Source: an uncultured Spirochaetota bacterium
Lineage (GTDB): Bacteria > Spirochaetota > Spirochaetia > SZUA-6 > Fen-1364
DNA length: 64,000 nucleotides
Assembly (NCBI GenBank): GCA_963820525.1
Contig: CAWGAA010000003.1
Span: 960,001-1,024,000 of the forward strand
Direction of reading: 5' to 3'
The position numbers were made by a program, and so were the translations under genes. Below, in pieces: positions 59,126-64,000 of this stretch (its first letter is position 1; each line of letters starts with the position of its first letter). The notes beneath the pieces are model-generated. The model was not told where the DNA came from and made no database searches. It was given only the letters and a program-made list of their open reading frames with translations.

Positions 59126-60217
59126 TCAGTGCACCACTCTTCTCTTGTTCCTGATGTAGTCGGCGAAGAGGAACTCGCCCAGCTTGTCCGCCGAGGCGAA
59201 GTAGGCGCGGCCGTGGTTGATCCTGGTCATCTCCTCGACGAAGTCCTGAAGCTCCGGGTCCGTGGCGAGCATGAAGGTGGTGATCGTGATGTTGGCCCTC
59301 TTGCAGGCGGCGGCCGCCTCCAGGGTCTGGTTCCTGATCTTGGGGTCGAAGCCGTAGGGGTTCCTGTACACCCCGCCGTTCTCCTCGATGGCCGTCGGCT
59401 TTCCGTCGGTGACCATGAAAATCTGCCTGTTCTGCTGCCGTAGGCCCTCGAGGATGGTCTGCGCCATCTCCAGGCCCGCCTTGGTGTTCGTATGGTAGGG
59501 GCCCACCTGGAGGTAGGGGATGTCCTTGATTTCGATCTCCTTGGCCTCGTCGCCGAAGGTCCCCACCCTCAGCGTGTCCTTTGGGTAGCGGGTGAGGATC
59601 AGCTCGGTGAGGGCGAGCGCCACCTGCTTGGCGGGGGTGATCCTGTCTTCCCCATAGAGGATCATGCTGTGGCTGATGTCGATCAGGAGAACCGTGGCCG
59701 ATGAGGAGAGGTGCTCGGTCTCGTAGACTTCAAAGTCCTCCTCGGCAAGGGTGATCTCGTCCACACCCGCGCGTTTGACCGCGTTGGAGATGGTGCCCAG
59801 GGCGTCGATCATGGTCACGGCGTCTCCGAAACGGTAGGGACGCGTCTCGGTGAGCCTCTCGTCTCCATCCCCCGAGCGGGGAACCCGATGCTGGCCGAAT
59901 CCCGACTTCACGAGGTTGGAGAAGATCTGGTTCAGCGAGTCCTTTCGGATCACCTGCTCGCCCTTGGCCGTAAGGGAGTAGCCACCCTCCTTCAGCCGCT
60001 CGATGATCCGCTCCTCCTCCAGGTGCTTTCGAAACTCCTCCAGGTCGAGGTCGGCGCCGATGTTGCCCCGCTCCTGGAGGTACTTCATCCAGCGGAAAAC
60101 CTGATCCACATCCCCCGCCGCCATGAGCATGAGGTAGTTGAAGAGGCTCATGAGGTCCTGAAAGCTCTTCAGGAGGCTCTCGAGCGTTTTGTCCCATTCC
60201 GAATATTCCCACAACAC
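59126..60217 (-). CDS. VWA-domain protein
   Basis: MIDAS motif DISHS, YHTNT and MVTDGKPT; GTG start at 60217 with a GGAGAG SD. Confidence 0.88.
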   Translation of the reverse strand: MLWEYSEWDKTLESLLKSFQDLMSLFNYLMLMAAGDVDQVFRWMKYLQERGNIGADLDLEEFRKHLEEERIIERLKEGGYSLTAKGEQVIRKDSLNQIFSNLVKSGFGQHRVPRSGDGDERLTETRPYRFGDAVTMIDALGTISNAVKRAGVDEITLAEEDFEVYETEHLSSSATVLLIDISHSMILYGEDRITPAKQVALALTELILTRYPKDTLRVGTFGDEAKEIEIKDIPYLQVGPYHTNTKAGLEMAQTILEGLRQQNRQIFMVTDGKPTAIEENGGVYRNPYGFDPKIRNQTLEAAAACKRANITITTFMLATDPELQDFVEEMTRINHGRAYFASADKLGEFLFADYIRNKRRVVH

Positions 60218-60234
60218 GAGTTCGGCTCTCCGTA

Positions 60235-61749
60235 TCAGTCCGCGTCGTCCTTTGCCATGTGGTCGAACATCGCCTTGAGCATGTCGCGGTATGCCGTGCG
60301 CGTCTTGTCCTCCCACTTGGAAACCATGGAGTGCTGGTGCAGCCCCTCCAGCACGAACTCCATTCCCGGGGCCAGGCCGTCGCGCTCCGTGAGGCTCAGG
60401 TACTTCGAGGTCATCTCCTTCAACCCGTCCACCTTCTCCAGGCGCTGGCTGTACTCGCTGAAGGGGATCTCGTCTGAGGTCTCCACCGTGTTGCCCTTGG
60501 AAAACCAGTTGAGGATGGGCTGGAAGGGAGTGGCCTCCTGCCGCGACGAGCGCGACGGCTGCCCCTCCTCAACCTCCCTCTTCTGCTTCTTGGGCACCGG
60601 GTTGGGGAAGTAGCGGCGGAACGACTCCTTGACCGCCTCCCCGATGATCTTTCGCGCCACGATCGCCGCGCCCTGCTGCTCCCCCTCGTAGACGAGCTCC
60701 ACCTTGCCCGTGATGGCCGTGACGGCGGCATGGAGGTCGCTTATCCGGGGATACACCCTCTTCTCTCCATGCAGGAGCCCGCGCCTCTCCATGTTGGAAA
60801 GCACGTTCTCCATGAGGGAGATGCTCATCCGCGCGGAGACCCCCGAGGCCTGGTTGACGTACTCGCTCTTTCTTGCAGCGAAAGCCACCTCCTCGATCAG
60901 CTCGCGGAACCACTGGGGCATCTCCAGCTCGAAGTTGCCGTCCCTCTCGGTCCATGCCTCCTGCGCCGTGATGGCGAGGGCCGCCGCGCGGTCTGTGGGG
61001 TAGTGCGTGATGATCTGCGAATCGATCCTGTCCTTCAGAGGCGTGATGATGTTGCCCCGATTGGTGTAATCCTCGGGGTTCGCCGAGTAGACCATGATGA
61101 TGTCGAGGGACAGCCTGACGGGGAAGCCCCGGATCTGGATGTCCTTCTCTTCCATTATATTGAGAAGGCCCACCTGGATGCGGGGGGGAAGATCGGGCAG
61201 CTCGTTGATGGAGAAGATGCCGCGGTTTGTCCGCGGGATGATTCCGTAATGGATGACTTCCTCGTCCGCGTAGGTGAGCTTGCGCGTCGCCGCCTTGATG
61301 GGGTCGATGTCGCCGATGAGGTCCGCGATGGTCACGTCGGGAGTGGCCAGCTTTTCGCGGTAGCGGTCCTCGCGCGAGAGCCATTCGATGGGAGTCTCGT
61401 CTCCCATGTCCGCCACCGCCGCCCTCCCCTTCTTGCTGATGGGATGGAAGGGGTCGTCGTTGGTCTCGGTGCCCGCGATCACGGGCAGCCGCTCGTCGAG
61501 AAAGCGCACCAGCCCGCGCAGGATGCGCGTCTTGGCCTGGCCGCGGAGGCCGAGGAGGATGAAGTCGTGCCGCGAGAGAATCGCGTTCACCAATCCGGGG
61601 ACAACGGTCTTCTCGAATCCGATGATGCCGGGGAACAGATCCTCCTTGTCCCGAAGCATGCGGATCATGTTTTCGCGCATCTCGTCCTTCACGCTTCGGG
61701 GACGATACCCCGACTTCTTCAATTCACTGAGGGTTCTTGGGAGTTCCAC
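60235..61749 (-). CDS. AAA+ ATPase, magnesium chelatase subunit I/MoxR-like
   Basis: GLRGQAKT Walker A, SINELPDL (Walker B variant) and SANPEDYTNRG; AGGAGG SD before GTG 61749. Confidence 0.88.
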   Translation of the reverse strand: MELPRTLSELKKSGYRPRSVKDEMRENMIRMLRDKEDLFPGIIGFEKTVVPGLVNAILSRHDFILLGLRGQAKTRILRGLVRFLDERLPVIAGTETNDDPFHPISKKGRAAVADMGDETPIEWLSREDRYREKLATPDVTIADLIGDIDPIKAATRKLTYADEEVIHYGIIPRTNRGIFSINELPDLPPRIQVGLLNIMEEKDIQIRGFPVRLSLDIIMVYSANPEDYTNRGNIITPLKDRIDSQIITHYPTDRAAALAITAQEAWTERDGNFELEMPQWFRELIEEVAFAARKSEYVNQASGVSARMSISLMENVLSNMERRGLLHGEKRVYPRISDLHAAVTAITGKVELVYEGEQQGAAIVARKIIGEAVKESFRRYFPNPVPKKQKREVEEGQPSRSSRQEATPFQPILNWFSKGNTVETSDEIPFSEYSQRLEKVDGLKEMTSKYLSLTERDGLAPGMEFVLEGLHQHSMVSKWEDKTRTAYRDMLKAMFDHMAKDDAD

Positions 61750-61944
61750 ACCTTCCTCCTGGGATACCCTAAAGGTACTGATATTCGAAGCTTCGGGGAA
61801 ATGCCGGGCGGTTCGGGTTGGGGCGGTGCTGGCTGGGGCGTCACGGGTCGGGAACGAACTTGTATCCATGCCGCGGCGACGCCGAGCCTTCCCGTCTGCC
61901 GGGGGAGCTCTGGCAAGGGGTTGGGCACGACCGCCTTGGGCGGA

Positions 61945-63369
61945 TTAAAATTTGCTATCAAATGCTAAATAGACGACTCTGTTCTGCTTCCACGCGCCGA
62001 GGGTCGTCGATGCGGTGCCTTGGAAGATCATGACGCCGAGCTTCAAAGTCATGTTCAGTGAGGGGAGGTACTGGATGTCCAGGCCGCCCATGACACCGTA
62101 ATTGTTGGAGATGTAGCCCCCGATGTCGCTGGAGGAAAAGGCATCGGAGATGTTGTTGACGTTTGCCATCCCCGTCGCGCCGAGCGTGAGCTTGTCCGAA
62201 AGGAGGCTCACCTCGAGCCTGAGCAGGGCGTAATCCTGGAGCCTCTCCGAACCCGTGTTGCCGCGCTCGTTGAAGAAGCCATGATTGTACTGGAGGTTGA
62301 AATAGAAGATTCCCCCGATTTTCTGGCTTATTCCCACGGTATATTTCGCGTAGGGCTGGTCGGAAACCGCCGTGGCGATGGTTTCGTTCAGAAGGGCTTG
62401 CGATGCGTTGTCATATGTCTTGATCGATGTCGTTTGCTTTTCAGGGAAGAACACGCCGACCTCGGCCCATGCCAGGACGACTGCGAAGTCCTTGGCGAGG
62501 TCGAATCCCACCTCCTGCTCGCGGTAATATGCCAGGGTATAGGAATTGCTGTTCAGAGTGAGCGGCGGCAATCCCGGAGTGACGAACAGGTCGACTTCCT
62601 TCACGGAGGGCATGTCGTTGATCCGGGTGACGTAATTGGCGGAGAGATCGAAACCGGCGATCGAAGCCCCCACCTTCGCTCCGAGAGCATAGCTTCGAAA
62701 GTCGTACTGCGGCGCTTGCGCCGTCTCGGATTCCCATCCCGGGATCGCGTCGACGAAGCCGGCGGTAGTGCCGGCGTACAGCTTTTGGGAAAGCGACTGA
62801 ATCATGGCGGGATTGAGCAGCGCCACCTGTGAATAGGGCTCGTAGACCACCTGGATGAAGCTGTCGAGCGCCGGCAGGGTGTAGGTGAGGTTCAAGGCCA
62901 CGGACGGCGTTTTCCTGCCGAAGTCCAACGGATCCGAGAAATCCAAGGGATTGAGCAGGTCTGTGGGGTTGAGCCGATCCGCCGTACCCCAGGCGATCCG
63001 CTGTTTGCCGACGGTAAGATCGAGCCCTGAGAAAATGAAGCCGGTGCAGGTGAGATATGCCTCCTCAAGGTCTATCTCCACCGGATAGACGGAGGAGAGA
63101 ACGCCGAGCTCTCTGGACGTCAGAATGTTGCTCATTGATTGGCTGCCGATGGGATCATTGAAATAGCGGGCATGGAGCTTCACCTTGCAGTAGAGATTGT
63201 CATCGACCTGCTGCTCGAAGGCCAGCCCCGCGTTTTCCTGGTTGAAGAGAAACCTGCCGTCGTCGAGGCTCAGACGCGTTTCAGTGGAAAGCTCTCCGTT
63301 CACGTCGAGGGCCCACCCTCCCGCTGCAATAAAGCAGGCCAAAGCGAGGAGAAGACCTCTCCTTTTCAT
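61945..63369 (-). CDS. Outer-membrane beta-barrel protein (DUF1302-like)
   Basis: Signal peptide; EEAYL...LTVGKQRIAWG.ADRLNPTDLLNP motif; C-terminal YLAFDSKF. Confidence 0.75.
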   Translation of the reverse strand: MKRRGLLLALACFIAAGGWALDVNGELSTETRLSLDDGRFLFNQENAGLAFEQQVDDNLYCKVKLHARYFNDPIGSQSMSNILTSRELGVLSSVYPVEIDLEEAYLTCTGFIFSGLDLTVGKQRIAWGTADRLNPTDLLNPLDFSDPLDFGRKTPSVALNLTYTLPALDSFIQVVYEPYSQVALLNPAMIQSLSQKLYAGTTAGFVDAIPGWESETAQAPQYDFRSYALGAKVGASIAGFDLSANYVTRINDMPSVKEVDLFVTPGLPPLTLNSNSYTLAYYREQEVGFDLAKDFAVVLAWAEVGVFFPEKQTTSIKTYDNASQALLNETIATAVSDQPYAKYTVGISQKIGGIFYFNLQYNHGFFNERGNTGSERLQDYALLRLEVSLLSDKLTLGATGMANVNNISDAFSSSDIGGYISNNYGVMGGLDIQYLPSLNMTLKLGVMIFQGTASTTLGAWKQNRVVYLAFDSKF

Positions 63370-63418
63370 GACTATCCTCCTCTTCGGGGCGGCCAAAGGC
63401 CGCGCGCAAGTACCGCCT

Positions 63419-64000
63419 CTAGGGCTTCTTCTTCAAGAACCGCTTTGAAAACACGTCCTTGGCTTCGAGGCCCTGATCGAACCTGATATCGCTGATCGTC
63501 ATCTCCGTGTAGTGTTTCTTCTCCCGATTCTCCATCCGCAGCCGCGTGGGCACCATGTATGCGTCGGTCTTCTTCACTTCGAGAATAGACAGAAGCTTCT
63601 GCATTCTCGTGCTTCGATACATCTCGATGGTCCGGGGAACGTAGTCGGCCTTGTCCACCACCATGACGAGCCGGTCGTATGGGCGATCGACCCCGGCCTT
63701 CTTCACGAGCGCCAGGGTCCATGAGGCGTCGTCTTCGGCCGTCACCTCCGCGGCGTAGTCCTTCTTGTAGTCGAAGCTTCCCATTTCGTTATAGGAGAAA
63801 TCTGTTCCCTGGAAGTCATCGTTCTTGCTCCCGCCTTCGATCCTTCTGATCTTGTTCTGTGCCGGAAGGTAGAGGTACATCTCGTCGGAACTCTCCGTGA
63901 GCAGCCCTATGCCTTCGATTCCCGGAGGGGAAACGAACTTGATGACCCTCTTTTCCTTGCCGGAAATCCAGATCCTCAGGGACCTCTGTTCCTTCTGCGT
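63419..64000 (-). CDS. LolA-like outer-membrane lipoprotein-sorting protein (5' end outside the window)
   Basis: YLYLPAQNKIRRI, FQGTDFSYNEM and terminal FSKRFL; the frame is open to the window edge. Confidence 0.8.
   Translation of the reverse strand, partial: TQKEQRSLRIWISGKEKRVIKFVSPPGIEGIGLLTESSDEMYLYLPAQNKIRRIEGGSKNDDFQGTDFSYNEMGSFDYKKDYAAEVTAEDDASWTLALVKKAGVDRPYDRLVMVVDKADYVPRTIEMYRSTRMQKLLSILEVKKTDAYMVPTRLRMENREKKHYTEMTISDIRFDQGLEAKDVFSKRFLKKKP

Noticed and set aside
61750..61944. GC-rich intergenic region as a possible ncRNA
   Set aside because: No tRNA, SRP, tmRNA or riboswitch features recognised by eye; an Rfam scan would be needed.

Overview
GC-rich bacterial chromosomal window of about 50 genes. 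The lipoprotein and outer-membrane gene content suggests a free-living spirochaete-like diderm (inference only). I found no rRNA, tRNA, CRISPR array, integrase or transposase. In order it contains: (1) a GntR-type sugar catabolic operon (deoC, OYE-type flavoenzyme, ABC transporter, Gfo/Idh/MocA, TIM-barrel isomerase) bracketed by a 23-bp imperfect direct repeat; (2) a PilZ-less cellulose-synthase-like GT2 translationally coupled between a 7TM-PAS-PP2C-RsbW fusion and a STAS protein, with a GH12 endoglucanase lipoprotein upstream; (3) CoA-disulfide reductase/rhodanese genes, a class III cyclase, a WYL regulator with a likely target and a rearranged second GH12; (4) a chemoreceptor with a circularly permuted sugar-binding-protein domain on its cytoplasmic side, followed by a REC-STAS-like-REC protein and a hybrid kinase; (5) a repeat-rich surface lipoprotein coupled to a barrel/transglutaminase-like/TPR protein; (6) a multi-PAS two-component cluster; (7) nagB and lacI divergent from a GDP-mannose-3,5-epimerase-like/GHMP-kinase/nucleotidyltransferase operon; (8) a three-component sugar sensor with its ABC transporter, an AAA+/VWA pair and outer-membrane genes. 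Several genes carry internal deletions. Three single-base homopolymer frameshifts may be sequencing errors. All calls come from motif recognition by eye; no searches were run.
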